DNA of 64,000 nt from Candidatus Peribacteria bacterium (GCA_943354965.1 CALRDN010000004.1:13121-77120); one strand, 5' to 3'; shown: positions 9,616 through 19,250, counted from the stretch's first letter. Made by a program: numbers and translations. The notes: a model not told the origin generated them from the sequence alone.

Positions 9616-9716
9616 AGATATATAATACCAGATTTTAGGATAAAAGCAAGCAAAATCTTTCAAAATTCAAAAAATAACAGAAATAAAGCTGAATTAAAGA
9701 GAATAATCGCAAAACC

Positions 9717-10814
9717 TCACTCTCTAAAGGCGTCCTTATTGGCCAAATACATCTCCGAAAACGTAATAACAAGAAGCGCGACTAATGGACCCAGTATCAA
9801 TCCGGAAGGGCCGTACACCGCCATGCCACCAAAAAGTGTTAGGAACATGAGGAGCGGATGGATATTCGCCTGTCGTCCAATAAAAAGTGGTTTCAAAAAA
9901 GCATCCACCGAAGACATGACCGTAGCGCACCAAACGGCAAGGAATATTGCCTGCACATGATCACCCGCGAGATAAAGCAATACTACCGTAGGTACCCAAA
10001 CTAACGCCGTACCTACATAGGGAATAGGAGAAAGAAAAGCAACAAATATACCCAATAGCAAAGGTCTCTGCACGCCAACAAGGGAAAAACCAATACTACC
10101 AATAATCCCCTGCATAAGCGCACTCAAAAGAACCCCATAAAAAACAATACTCATCAAAGAACGAATCTTTTTAAAAAGAATATCTTCTTGGTATTGAGGC
10201 AATAAACTATAATGAGCGATTTTTGAAACGATAACTTCTCCATCGCGAAAAAAATAAAAAAGTGTGAAAAGCATGACAAACAAGCCAAAAATGAAACGAA
10301 GAGAACCCTGGAGAATAAGCTGAGATTGTCTCACGAAAAAATCGGCAGCGCTACGTACAAAACCAATAAACTGATCGGCAATATTGATAGACTGCATGGG
10401 AATATCTGCGACAAGTCGTTGATACATATCATAAGGAAGGTGCCCGGGCGACCACTGGAATGCAGCATCCAGAACACCCGGCTGGAACCAATACTGCACA
10501 GATGTATACAAGGAAAGAACCTCCTCTTTGAGAATAAGAACAAGGGCCGTAAGTGGAAGCACGACAGCAAAAACAAAAAGCAAACATGAGATCAAGGCAG
10601 AAACGTTAGGACGAGGGACAAATCTAATAACCCAACGATGAACCGGAGCCAGCGCCGTCGCGGCTACGGCTGAAAAAATAATTATGGAGAAAAAGGGCTT
10701 AAGGAGAAGGGAAAAAAGGAAAAGTGCAACTAGGAAACAAAAAAACAAAAAATAGCTCGAAAAACCTCGAATTTGCAGATTTTGACCGGTTTTCTCCCCT
10801 AAGCTACTTATCAT
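9717..10814 (-). CDS. AI-2E family transporter (PerM/YhhT-like permease)
   Basis: 365 aa, polytopic membrane protein whose overall pattern is typical of the AI-2E/UPF0118 family. Assigned from recalled family features only. Confidence 0.8.
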   Translation of the reverse strand: MISSLGEKTGQNLQIRGFSSYFLFFCFLVALFLFSLLLKPFFSIIIFSAVAATALAPVHRWVIRFVPRPNVSALISCLLFVFAVVLPLTALVLILKEEVLSLYTSVQYWFQPGVLDAAFQWSPGHLPYDMYQRLVADIPMQSINIADQFIGFVRSAADFFVRQSQLILQGSLRFIFGLFVMLFTLFYFFRDGEVIVSKIAHYSLLPQYQEDILFKKIRSLMSIVFYGVLLSALMQGIIGSIGFSLVGVQRPLLLGIFVAFLSPIPYVGTALVWVPTVVLLYLAGDHVQAIFLAVWCATVMSSVDAFLKPLFIGRQANIHPLLMFLTLFGGMAVYGPSGLILGPLVALLVITFSEMYLANKDAFRE

Positions 10815-10932
10815 TGTAATAAAGCTAATAGATAGGTAAAATAAGCTATCTGTGTCGTACTAACCCGCCTATCAGGAAGAATACAGTAATAATGAAGATA
10901 TTTATACTCATTTATGGTATAATAAACCTCGT

Positions 10933-12261
10933 ATGAACGAAATAACCTCAGACATAGCCGTTATCATAGCCCTCATCCTATTGAATGGATTTTTCTCCGG
11001 AACGGAGATGGCTGTCATTTCTCTTCGAAAAACACGACTCAAGCAGCTCGTGAAAAACGGCAATCGCAATGCGATGATTATCGAAAACTTCAAGAAAAAT
11101 CCGGAAGACCTCCTCGCTACCATCCAGGTTGGCTTAACTCTAGTTGGTACTATCGCATCAGCATATGCCGCTACGAAAATCGCTGTAGCACTCACGCCGC
11201 TATTGGAAAAATCATCGGTATCATTCATTTCACAAAACGCCGGAGGTCTTAGCTTGGCATTCATCGTTATTATGATTACCTACCTCACTATTGTATTCGG
11301 GGAACTCATTCCAAAATCACTTGCCATCAAGTTTTCAGAACCCTTTGCGCTCTTCGCCGCACGTCCAATCTACGCACTATCCAAAATATCATTTATCATT
11401 ACGAAATCTCTCACCATTTCAAGCAACCTGATCTTGAAAATATTTGGTGACAAAACAAGCTTCTCCGAAGGAAAACTTTCCGAAGATGAAATACGAATTA
11501 TGCTGCATGAGAGCCAGGAATCCGGCGTAATCAAAAAATACGAACATGAAATTATGGAAAACGTATTTGAATTTGCCGACATCGCCGTAGGTCAGGTAAT
11601 GATGCCACGTACCAAGATATTCGCCATTGATATCGATGCTCCGGTAGGAGAAAACATCAAGCTTATCATTGAATCAGGATACTCACGTATACCGATGTAC
11701 AAAGATTCAATCGATAATATCGTCGGCATTCTTAACGGAAAAGATCTTCTGCAGTATATTGAAAGAGGCCAGAGAGATGACGTAAATCTACTAAAACTAT
11801 CCCGAACACCATTCTATGTAACGAACACAGAGAGAATTAGCGCACTTTTGAGAAAATTCCAAAAAGAGAAAGTTCACCTCGCGGTAGTGACCGATGAATA
11901 TGGAGGTGTAGATGGCCTTATAACCATTGAAGATATCCTCGAAGAGCTCGTAGGTGAGATATCCGATGAAACTGATATGGAACAGAAATCCATCAGAAAG
12001 GAAAAAGATGGAGGCTATATCGTAGAGGGAGATACCAGTATCATCGATTTCAATAGGCACTTCAATACTCTCATTCCGGAAGATGAGACATACACTACCA
12101 TTTCCGGACTCCTCCAGGAGGTCTTTGAACGGCTACCAAAAATTGGCGAAAAAACGATCATAGATACCATGGAGTTCACCGTTCGCGACCGAACAAACAG
12201 AACAATACTAACAGCATACGTAAAACGTTTAGAGGAATCCGATCCATCAGTTGCAGTATAG
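10933..12261 (+). CDS. CNNM/TlyC-family protein (DUF21 membrane domain + CBS pair + CorC_HlyC)
   Basis: 442 aa. N-terminal GFFSGTEMAVISL (DUF21), central CBS pair, and a C-terminal EDILEELVGEI ... transporter-associated domain. Confidence 0.9.
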   Translation: MNEITSDIAVIIALILLNGFFSGTEMAVISLRKTRLKQLVKNGNRNAMIIENFKKNPEDLLATIQVGLTLVGTIASAYAATKIAVALTPLLEKSSVSFISQNAGGLSLAFIVIMITYLTIVFGELIPKSLAIKFSEPFALFAARPIYALSKISFIITKSLTISSNLILKIFGDKTSFSEGKLSEDEIRIMLHESQESGVIKKYEHEIMENVFEFADIAVGQVMMPRTKIFAIDIDAPVGENIKLIIESGYSRIPMYKDSIDNIVGILNGKDLLQYIERGQRDDVNLLKLSRTPFYVTNTERISALLRKFQKEKVHLAVVTDEYGGVDGLITIEDILEELVGEISDETDMEQKSIRKEKDGGYIVEGDTSIIDFNRHFNTLIPEDETYTTISGLLQEVFERLPKIGEKTIIDTMEFTVRDRTNRTILTAYVKRLEESDPSVAV

Positions 12262-12275
12262 TACACAAAACTATT

Positions 12276-12677
12276 ATGGACCTCACCCTAAATCTACCAC
12301 CGGAAGTACTCCAAAAAGCACACGAACTGGGAATAAACCAACAAGATATTGTTGAAAAATTTGTAACAGGAAGTGGCGCCGGAGGTCAAAAAATCAACAA
12401 AACTGCCAGCTGCGTAATGCTGAAGCACATTCCAACCGGTACCATCGTACGATGCCAAAAACATAGAGAGCAGAGCAAAAATAGAGTATCCGCCTATAAA
12501 CTACTCATACTCAAGATTGAAGAACAAATAAAAGGAAGACACTCTGAATTGGCTCAAAAAATTCACAAGATCCGGAAACAGAAACAAAAACGTTCCAAGC
12601 GTGCCAAAGAAAAAATGCTCAAAGACAAGGCGCATAAAAGCGAAATCAAAGAACAACGAAAATCCGTACAACTGTGA
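12276..12677 (+). CDS. arfB: peptidyl-tRNA hydrolase ArfB-type ribosome rescue factor (GGQ domain + basic tail)
   Basis: 133 aa. GSGAGGQKINKTAS GGQ motif. Lys/Arg-rich C-terminal tail. Ends in TGA. Confidence 0.8.
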   Translation: MDLTLNLPPEVLQKAHELGINQQDIVEKFVTGSGAGGQKINKTASCVMLKHIPTGTIVRCQKHREQSKNRVSAYKLLILKIEEQIKGRHSELAQKIHKIRKQKQKRSKRAKEKMLKDKAHKSEIKEQRKSVQL

Positions 12678-12723
12678 CATAGTAATGCATTTAATTTAAA
12701 CTTGCCTTTTTATTGATGAACCT

Positions 12724-12736
12724 GTACCCTAGGTAC
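12724..12736. promoter_or_regulatory. candidate CsoR operator (GTACC-cta-GGTAC pseudo-palindrome) overlapping a promoter-like element
   Basis: GTACCCTAGGTAC at 12724..12736. It overlaps the -10-like TACCCT of TTGCCT(12702..12707)-17-TACCCT(12725..12730), about 30 nt upstream of csoR. Confidence 0.45.
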
Positions 12737-12767
12737 GAGGTAGTAATTATTTTGTAATATCATACTA

Positions 12768-13037
12768 ATGGTAAAACATCCCCCTACGAAGAAATCAAAA
12801 TCCTTGAAACTCGTAAAACAGGCGAGAGGAACACTAGAAACCGTAATTGCCATGATGGAGAAGGACGCCTATTGCCCTGAGATTATTCAGCAAGTAGACA
12901 GTGTCGCAGGCCTGCTCAAATCCGTAAAAAGAGAACTTTTGGCCGGTCACCTGGATACATGCGCTGTCCATCAGCTCAAAGAAAACAAGGAAAAAGCCAT
13001 AAAGGAATTGCTCAAAATCTATAACCTCTCTAACTAA
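12768..13037 (+). CDS. csoR: CsoR/RcnR-family metal-sensing transcriptional repressor
   Basis: 89 aa. Cys...His-x3-Cys ligand pattern (AYCPEII ... GHLDTC). The stop overlaps the copA ATG (TAATG). Confidence 0.85.
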   Translation: MVKHPPTKKSKSLKLVKQARGTLETVIAMMEKDAYCPEIIQQVDSVAGLLKSVKRELLAGHLDTCAVHQLKENKEKAIKELLKIYNLSN

Positions 13038-15304
13038 TGAATACCTCAAAAACATTCAAGATTAAGGGTATGCACTGTGCTTCATGCGCGGGCATTATTG
13101 AAAAAACTTTTCAAAAAACAGATGGAGTAACTTCTGCAGAAGTAAACTACGGAACCGAAGCGGCAAAAGTTTCATTTGATGCAGAAAAAATTAGCCCACA
13201 GGCCCTCTCGGAAAAGATCAAACCATTAGGATACTCGCTGGTCCTAGAGGAAAAATCATCAGGAGGAGCAGGGGTAAATCAACAGAAAGCGGAAAAATTG
13301 GCAGAACTTTCAGCAATGAAGAATCAAGTTATAACCGCCATACCTCTAACGATAATCAGCATATTTGTCATGGGTTGGGATATTCTGGCATCATTCGAAA
13401 AAGTAGAAATGATGTCTAATTTCTGGAGTGAATTCTTCCACCATCTCCTACCTCTCATGGCGACCTACATGTTATTCGTGGTAGGAAAGCCATATCTTCA
13501 AGGATTTTATAGATTTATGCGATACGGGAAGGCAAATATGGACACGCTCATCGGTATCGGTACATCCGCAGCTTATATCTATAGCGCTGCTGTTGGAGCA
13601 TTTAAAGAAAGTCTAAAGCCTTATATTAATGTAGAAAATACGTACTTCGATGTGACAATCGTCGTTATCGCATTTATCTCACTTGGAAAATATCTAGAGG
13701 CACGATCAAAAATAAAAACAGGTGACGCTATTGAAAAATTGCTCAATATGCAGGCAAAAACGGCTCTCGTCATTCGTGACGGAAAAGAAATAGAAATTCC
13801 CGTAGAGCAGGTAGTCCACGGCGAGCTCATCATTGTAAAACCCGCAGGGAAAATCCCTGTCGATGGAGTTATTACTGAAGGATCATCATATGTTGATGAA
13901 TCCATGCTCACGGGCGAGCCGATGCCGGTTAAGAAAACAATTGGAGACACTATCGCAGCAGGAACGATGAATACCAGCGGATCATTCACCTTCAAGGCGA
14001 CAAAAGTAGGATCGGAAACGATGATCGCGCATATCATTAAAATGGTAGAAGAAGCTCAGGGAAGCAAGGCACCTATTCAGGCACTTGCTGATAAAATTTC
14101 AAGTATATTTGTGCCAATTGTACTCGTCCTCGCATTTCTAGATCTAGGAATATGGCTCACGGTAGGAACAGCATATTTGGGCTTCTCTCAGGCACTTTCG
14201 TTCGGTCTCATGTCATTCGTAGGCATCCTCGTGATCGCCTGTCCTTGCGCACTGGGACTCGCTACGCCAACAGCTATTATCGTTGGAGTTGGAAAAGGAG
14301 CCCGTGAAGGCATTCTCATCAAAGACGCAGCCACACTCGAAAAATTATACAAAGTCACCGATGTTGTCGTCGACAAAACAGGAACCATCACCAAAGGAAA
14401 ACCGGAGCTGACATCCATTCAAAATAGCTCTCAGAAAAGCGATAATGAACTTATTGCGATACTCGCATCCCTGGAAAATAAATCAGAACATCCAATCTCT
14501 CACGCTATCACCGTTCATGCAAAAGAGAAAAACATATCACTCTCCCCTGTCGAAGATTTTGAAATGATAAAAGGAAAAGGAATCAAAGGCACCATCGGGA
14601 AAACGCAGTACTATGCGGGAAATACGAAACTTATAGAAGATCTTAAAATTTCATTTAATAAAAATTCCATAGAAAAAGAAACTCTCGAAGGAAAAACACC
14701 AATCATTCTCGCAACGAAAGAAAATATTCTTGGAATAATACTTATCGCCGATGCCATCAAGCCGGAGGCAATCGAGGCGGTCGCGCGACTGCATCAGCTC
14801 GGTATCCAAATAACGATGCTCACAGGAGACAACAAAAACACCGCAGCATTTATAGCCAAACAGGTAGGAATAGACGAGGTGGTTTCTGATGTAATGCCAG
14901 AAGCAAAACTCGACAAGATCAAAGAACTTCAGGCTCAGGGCAAAGTCGTCGCAATGGCTGGAGATGGCGTAAATGACGCGCCGGCGCTCGCCCAGGCGGA
15001 CGTAGGAATCGCTATGGCCACAGGAACAGATGTAGCTATCGAGTCGGCGGGAATCACCTTACTCAATGGAGATATCTCAAAATTAGTGAAGGCGATCGCC
15101 CTCTCGAAAATGACGATGCGCGGCATTAAACAAAATCTCTTCTGGGCATTTTTCTATAATGTCGTTGGAATTCCACTCGCCGGAGGAGTATTTTATCCCG
15201 TATTCGGACTTCTTCTCAATCCGGTGTTTGCCGGCCTGGCAATGGCGTTCTCGAGTGTTTCTGTCGTAGGAAACTCCCTCCGCATCAAAGCAAAAAAATT
15301 ATAA
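13037..15304 (+). CDS. copA: copper-translocating P1B-type ATPase
   Basis: 755 aa with N-terminal HMA GMHCASCA, transmembrane CPC (IACPCALG), DKTGTIT phosphorylation site and GDGVNDAP hinge. Confidence 0.95.
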   Translation: MNTSKTFKIKGMHCASCAGIIEKTFQKTDGVTSAEVNYGTEAAKVSFDAEKISPQALSEKIKPLGYSLVLEEKSSGGAGVNQQKAEKLAELSAMKNQVITAIPLTIISIFVMGWDILASFEKVEMMSNFWSEFFHHLLPLMATYMLFVVGKPYLQGFYRFMRYGKANMDTLIGIGTSAAYIYSAAVGAFKESLKPYINVENTYFDVTIVVIAFISLGKYLEARSKIKTGDAIEKLLNMQAKTALVIRDGKEIEIPVEQVVHGELIIVKPAGKIPVDGVITEGSSYVDESMLTGEPMPVKKTIGDTIAAGTMNTSGSFTFKATKVGSETMIAHIIKMVEEAQGSKAPIQALADKISSIFVPIVLVLAFLDLGIWLTVGTAYLGFSQALSFGLMSFVGILVIACPCALGLATPTAIIVGVGKGAREGILIKDAATLEKLYKVTDVVVDKTGTITKGKPELTSIQNSSQKSDNELIAILASLENKSEHPISHAITVHAKEKNISLSPVEDFEMIKGKGIKGTIGKTQYYAGNTKLIEDLKISFNKNSIEKETLEGKTPIILATKENILGIILIADAIKPEAIEAVARLHQLGIQITMLTGDNKNTAAFIAKQVGIDEVVSDVMPEAKLDKIKELQAQGKVVAMAGDGVNDAPALAQADVGIAMATGTDVAIESAGITLLNGDISKLVKAIALSKMTMRGIKQNLFWAFFYNVVGIPLAGGVFYPVFGLLLNPVFAGLAMAFSSVSVVGNSLRIKAKKL

Positions 15305-15338
15305 TATTCTCAAATCATAACTTTTGACACTCCCCTCT

Positions 15339-16361
15339 ATGCAAAAAACATTTATCTTCCACGTTACCGGAATGCACTGCAAAGCCTGCATCATGATGAT
15401 TGAAAGTGAGCTACAGGATCTGCCAAATATCACACGCTCATCAGTAAGTCTCAAGGCACACACCGCTGAAGTAACAGGCGATTTCGGCGATAAAAGTCCC
15501 GAAGCAATTGCGGAAGAATTAACGAAGGTATTAGAAAAACGCGGATACAGCCTTTCGGTAGAGAAGAAAAATCAGGACAAAAAATGGAACGAATTCAAAA
15601 CGGCTATTCCAGTAGCTCTCGCATTCATGGCAGCCTTTTATATACTTCAAAAAGTTGGACTCATAAATCTTATCAGTACCAGTAAAGTATCGTATGGCAC
15701 CGCATTCGTTGTGGGAATAGTAGCATCACTATCGACGTGCATGGCTGTTGTTGGCGGTCTACTCCTCTCCATGTCAGCAACATTCGCAAAGGAAGGAGAT
15801 AAAATACGGCCTCAAATCCTCTTCCACATCGGACGAATAGTTTCATTTTTCATTCTCGGTGGTGTAATCGGATCGATTGGATCAGCCTTTCAACTCAATG
15901 TTACAGCCACTTTCGTCCTTGGTATCATTATAGGAATCGTGATGCTCATTCTGGGCATTAACCTCCTCGATGTTTTTCCATGGGCAAAAAGATTCCAACC
16001 AGGTATGCCAAAATTTCTCTCAAAACATGCGATGGGAATTTCTGAAATAAATCATACATTAACGCCGGTTCTCGTAGGTATCGCTACATTTTTTCTCCCA
16101 TGCGGATTTACACAGTCCATGCAAATCTATACACTCTCGACAGGTAACTTCCTCACGGGCGCCCTCACTATGCTCTCATTTGCACTTGGGACGCTTCCAG
16201 TACTGGGTCTCATTAGTTTTAGCTCATTTAGTATTCAGCAGAGCTCAAAAGCAGGAATTTTCTTCAAAACAGCAGGACTCATCGTTATTATTTTCGCCCT
16301 ATTTAACATCATCAACAGTCTGGCCGTGATAGGAATCATTCCCCCTATCTTTAACTTTTAA
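15339..16361 (+). CDS. HMA (heavy-metal-associated) domain fused to a polytopic membrane domain (TauE/DsbD_2-like, tentative)
   Basis: N-terminal FHVTGMHCKAC followed by about 6-7 hydrophobic helices. I chose ATG 15339 over the ORF-track TTG at 15324. Confidence 0.7.
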   Translation: MQKTFIFHVTGMHCKACIMMIESELQDLPNITRSSVSLKAHTAEVTGDFGDKSPEAIAEELTKVLEKRGYSLSVEKKNQDKKWNEFKTAIPVALAFMAAFYILQKVGLINLISTSKVSYGTAFVVGIVASLSTCMAVVGGLLLSMSATFAKEGDKIRPQILFHIGRIVSFFILGGVIGSIGSAFQLNVTATFVLGIIIGIVMLILGINLLDVFPWAKRFQPGMPKFLSKHAMGISEINHTLTPVLVGIATFFLPCGFTQSMQIYTLSTGNFLTGALTMLSFALGTLPVLGLISFSSFSIQQSSKAGIFFKTAGLIVIIFALFNIINSLAVIGIIPPIFNF

Positions 16362-16384
16362 TTCGAAAGAACTACAATACATCT

Positions 16385-16777
16385 ATGAAAACAATAACAT
16401 TCTCTCTACTCGCAATACTCCTTCTCGGAGGTATGTATCTCGCTGCGCAAGAAAACTCTTATCAAGACGAAGCCTCTGGAGAATCAGCAAATAACGTCAC
16501 CATGGAAGATGGCAAACAAATAATAGCCATCACGGCAAGAGGTGGGTACTCCCCGAAAGTTAGTAATGCCAAAGCGGAAATACCAACGATCATTAGAATG
16601 AAAACAAAAGGTGCGTTTGACTGCTCATCCTCAGTGGTAATTCCAAGTATCGGATATCAGGGCTTTCTCCCAACATCAGGCGAAACCAATATTGACGTAC
16701 CGGCACAAAAAGCAGGCACTACGCTCCAGGGCATGTGCGGAATGGGAATGTATCGATTTCAGATACAATTCAGCTAA
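16385..16777 (+). CDS. secreted or anchored cupredoxin-like small protein
   Basis: 130 aa. N-terminal hydrophobic segment, then a beta-rich domain ending in CSSS...LQGMCGMGMYRF, as in cupredoxin_1-type proteins found beside copper ATPases. Confidence 0.6.
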   Translation: MKTITFSLLAILLLGGMYLAAQENSYQDEASGESANNVTMEDGKQIIAITARGGYSPKVSNAKAEIPTIIRMKTKGAFDCSSSVVIPSIGYQGFLPTSGETNIDVPAQKAGTTLQGMCGMGMYRFQIQFS

Positions 16778-16793
16778 AGGCAAGTACATAGCG

Positions 16794-17030
16794 TTATGCA
16801 TGCTTCTCAATCTTAATAATTCGCATCGGACAGACATCAGCAGCATCTCTATTCGCCTTCTCATCTTCTTCAAAAATATCTGCAACATAGAGGTTACCTT
16901 TTTGAACAGAATCGTTCAGCAAAACTTTTCCCTCTTTCTCATCCATCACCCACGTTTGAGGGGCGATACAGACGCAGGAGTTACATCCAATACATCGGGA
17001 ACGATCGTGAACAATTTTAAGCGATGACAC
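16794..17030 (-). CDS. small 4Fe-4S ferredoxin
   Basis: KIVHDRSRCIGCNSCVCIAPQTW ... DVCPMRIIKIE. The start is uncertain: GTG 17030 overlaps the U32 gene by 14 nt, and the ORF-track start at 17081 overlaps it by 65 nt. Confidence 0.7.
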   Translation of the reverse strand: MSSLKIVHDRSRCIGCNSCVCIAPQTWVMDEKEGKVLLNDSVQKGNLYVADIFEEDEKANRDAADVCPMRIIKIEKHA

Positions 17031-18267
17031 GGGCAATAGGCTTACGGAGTAAATATAACTTATCATTTCTATGGACCGCACGTGGTACAGGCATCGTTAT
17101 CGTTACGCCCTTTCCGGATTTCTCTACGAAAGCATCATCAATCTTCATCTCCTTCACATGGTCCTGAATAAGACCCGTAGCCTTGCCCATAATGGCATAC
17201 TTATCACCCTTATTAATTTCATTCGCCTGAACTTCTATCTCAGCAACGCCAGCCTTATCGAAATAATGAACAACATTACCCACATACACCCGCTCCTCAG
17301 TCGCATGATTTCCCGGGTCTCCACTCCACTCCGGAAGTTTCCTTCCTAAATAGTATCCTTCCGTGAATCCTCGATTATAAACCGTCTCCAACTCTTTCAT
17401 CCAGGAAGTAATTTTCTCAGGGGTAAATGTTCCTGCAAGCACGGCATCAGCCGCCTCTCGATAGACTCGCACAACCGTAGCGACATATACCGGAGAACGT
17501 CCGCGTCCCTCGATTTTCAGCACACTCACGCCAGTATCAATGAGTGCATCCAGAAATGGCAAGGTGCAAAGATCCTTCGGGCTCAAGACATACTCGTTAT
17601 CAACCACCATCTCCTTCCCGGTCTCGTCATCAATAATTCGATACTTACGACGACACTCCTGGAGGCAGGCGCCACGCTGAGCGGAAGTATTGTTCTGCAG
17701 CAAGCTCATATGGCAACGTCCGCTCTGCGCAATGCAAAGCGCCCCATGCACAAAAACCTCAATACGAACCAACTCACCCGCAGGACCACGAACTTGTTCT
17801 TTTTCAATGCCATCACAAATTCGTTTCATCATGGGAATATCCACCTCACGTGCCAGAACAATCGTATCCGCAAACTGCGCATAAAATTTCACACTCTCAA
17901 AATTAGAAATGGAAAGTTGCGTAGAGGCCTGTACCGGCATACCGATCTGACGCGCATACTGAATCGCCGCAATATCCTGAGCAATAATCGCATTGATACC
18001 GGCCGCTTTCGCGGCCTCCACAATCGTACGCATCATCGACATATCATGCTCATACAGCAAAACATTCAAGGTAATATAACTCCGTATACCGGCCACCTTG
18101 CAGCGATCCGCTACCTCTTTCAGCTCCTCCAGCGTAAAGTTATGAGCCGCCCTCGTACGCATATTCAACTGCGCCACTCCGAAATAAATACTATTACATC
18201 CCGCATCAATAGAAGCACCAAGTGCCTCAAAAGACCCAACCGGAGCCATAATTTCTATTTTTCTCAT
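17017..18267 (-). CDS. peptidase U32 family protein
   Basis: Carries the U32 signature EVFVHGALCIAQSGRCHMS. Start moved to ATG 18267 (MRKIEIMAPVG); the track start at 18285 is TTG. Confidence 0.9.
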   Translation of the reverse strand: MRKIEIMAPVGSFEALGASIDAGCNSIYFGVAQLNMRTRAAHNFTLEELKEVADRCKVAGIRSYITLNVLLYEHDMSMMRTIVEAAKAAGINAIIAQDIAAIQYARQIGMPVQASTQLSISNFESVKFYAQFADTIVLAREVDIPMMKRICDGIEKEQVRGPAGELVRIEVFVHGALCIAQSGRCHMSLLQNNTSAQRGACLQECRRKYRIIDDETGKEMVVDNEYVLSPKDLCTLPFLDALIDTGVSVLKIEGRGRSPVYVATVVRVYREAADAVLAGTFTPEKITSWMKELETVYNRGFTEGYYLGRKLPEWSGDPGNHATEERVYVGNVVHYFDKAGVAEIEVQANEINKGDKYAIMGKATGLIQDHVKEMKIDDAFVEKSGKGVTITMPVPRAVHRNDKLYLLRKPIARVIA

Positions 18268-18390
18268 GCGCCAATTCTTCCGCAAAAGCCGGGTAAAGTA
18301 AATGGGAAAATGACTTGATCCAGGAATAATTATTGAAATTACAAGAAATTAGGACTATAAAGCCATTAGACCACATAAAAAAAAATAGGT

Positions 18391-19170
18391 ATGTATACGA
18401 GAATATCATCATACGTCACCCTCATAATAGCCATTTGCCTCATTCCGGGAATAGGACTTGCATCAAGCGATAACGCCAAAACGGCACTCCTGAAGAGAAT
18501 CGGTCCAAACGCACAAGAACTAACATCCCTATCGGAAATTGGGCTCGATTTCTATTCACAAAAAGGAAAAATATCAATTCTCGTTACGAAATATGAAGTA
18601 AATAAAGATGGATCAACATGGAGCCGGATACGATTAAAGAAACTTCTTAGTTCGGACGCGGCATCCTTTTAGAAAATCAGCAAGACGCTTTATATAGACA
18701 AAAACGCGCTCTACTATGTAAAAAATGAAAGAGGAAGACTTGATCTCGTCCGAAACCCAAAAATAAAAAATCAAATTACGATACTCAGAAAATATAGATC
18801 CTACATGGACATGTGGAGCATTATCGAAAATAACAATCATCTATTCTGGTCGGTAGACGACAAAAACTTTTACGAACTAAATGGCTTCAATAGCAACGAA
18901 TTCGAAGAAATAGGCGCTACGGATAACATGATCATCTTTAAGGACAAAAAATCAGTGTATTACGGAATGATACAGAAATCATATAGGTATGATATGAGCG
19001 ACGTTGTCGTTGAACAAATAAAAGATGCTGATCCGGAAACGTTTACAATGCTAAGTGCAGAAAATGCTCAAGATAAAAATGCCACATACTATTTCGGCAC
19101 AACACAAAAGGAGATAGAAAAAGGCTTCTATGAGGTATTTCGAAACAAGCCCGTGAGAACAATTACATAA
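18391..19170 (+). pseudogene. DKNYY-repeat secreted protein interrupted by a single in-frame TAG (18670..18672)
   Basis: ORFs 18391..18672 (signal-peptide-like N-terminus) and 18805..19170 share a frame. My translation of 18673..18804 has no further stop and starts a DKNYY-like repeat (YIDKNALYYVKNE). More repeats follow downstream (DDKNFYEL, KDKKSVYYG, QDKNATYYFG). Confidence 0.5.
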
Positions 19171-19250
19171 ACTACTTAGGCGACAATTCATCATCTTGAA
19201 TTTAATACTCTTTTCATGGATAGTAAGAGCACCTCATTACTCCAAAACAC

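Noticed and set aside
9275-9716. RNase P RNA or SRP RNA in either long spacer (also 25587..26200). Hints were strings such as GACCAGGCUUAU (CR-V-like), AGGGCGCAAGCGGUAA (CR-II-like), AAGGAGAAGCUGC, and GAUG-GGAA-CAUC (a GNRA hairpin like SRP helix 8).
   Set aside because: The conserved blocks occur in the wrong order or on opposite strands. No P4 pairing partner could be found. The SRP symmetric-loop AGCA/GGAA context is absent. These should be settled with covariance models, not by eye.
18670-18672. Genome-wide stop-codon reassignment (TAG or TGA as a sense codon)
   Set aside because: TAG (7674..7676, 58883..58885), TGA (12675..12677) and TAA all terminate conserved genes at the expected length. 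The standard-code ORF track yields full-length housekeeping proteins.
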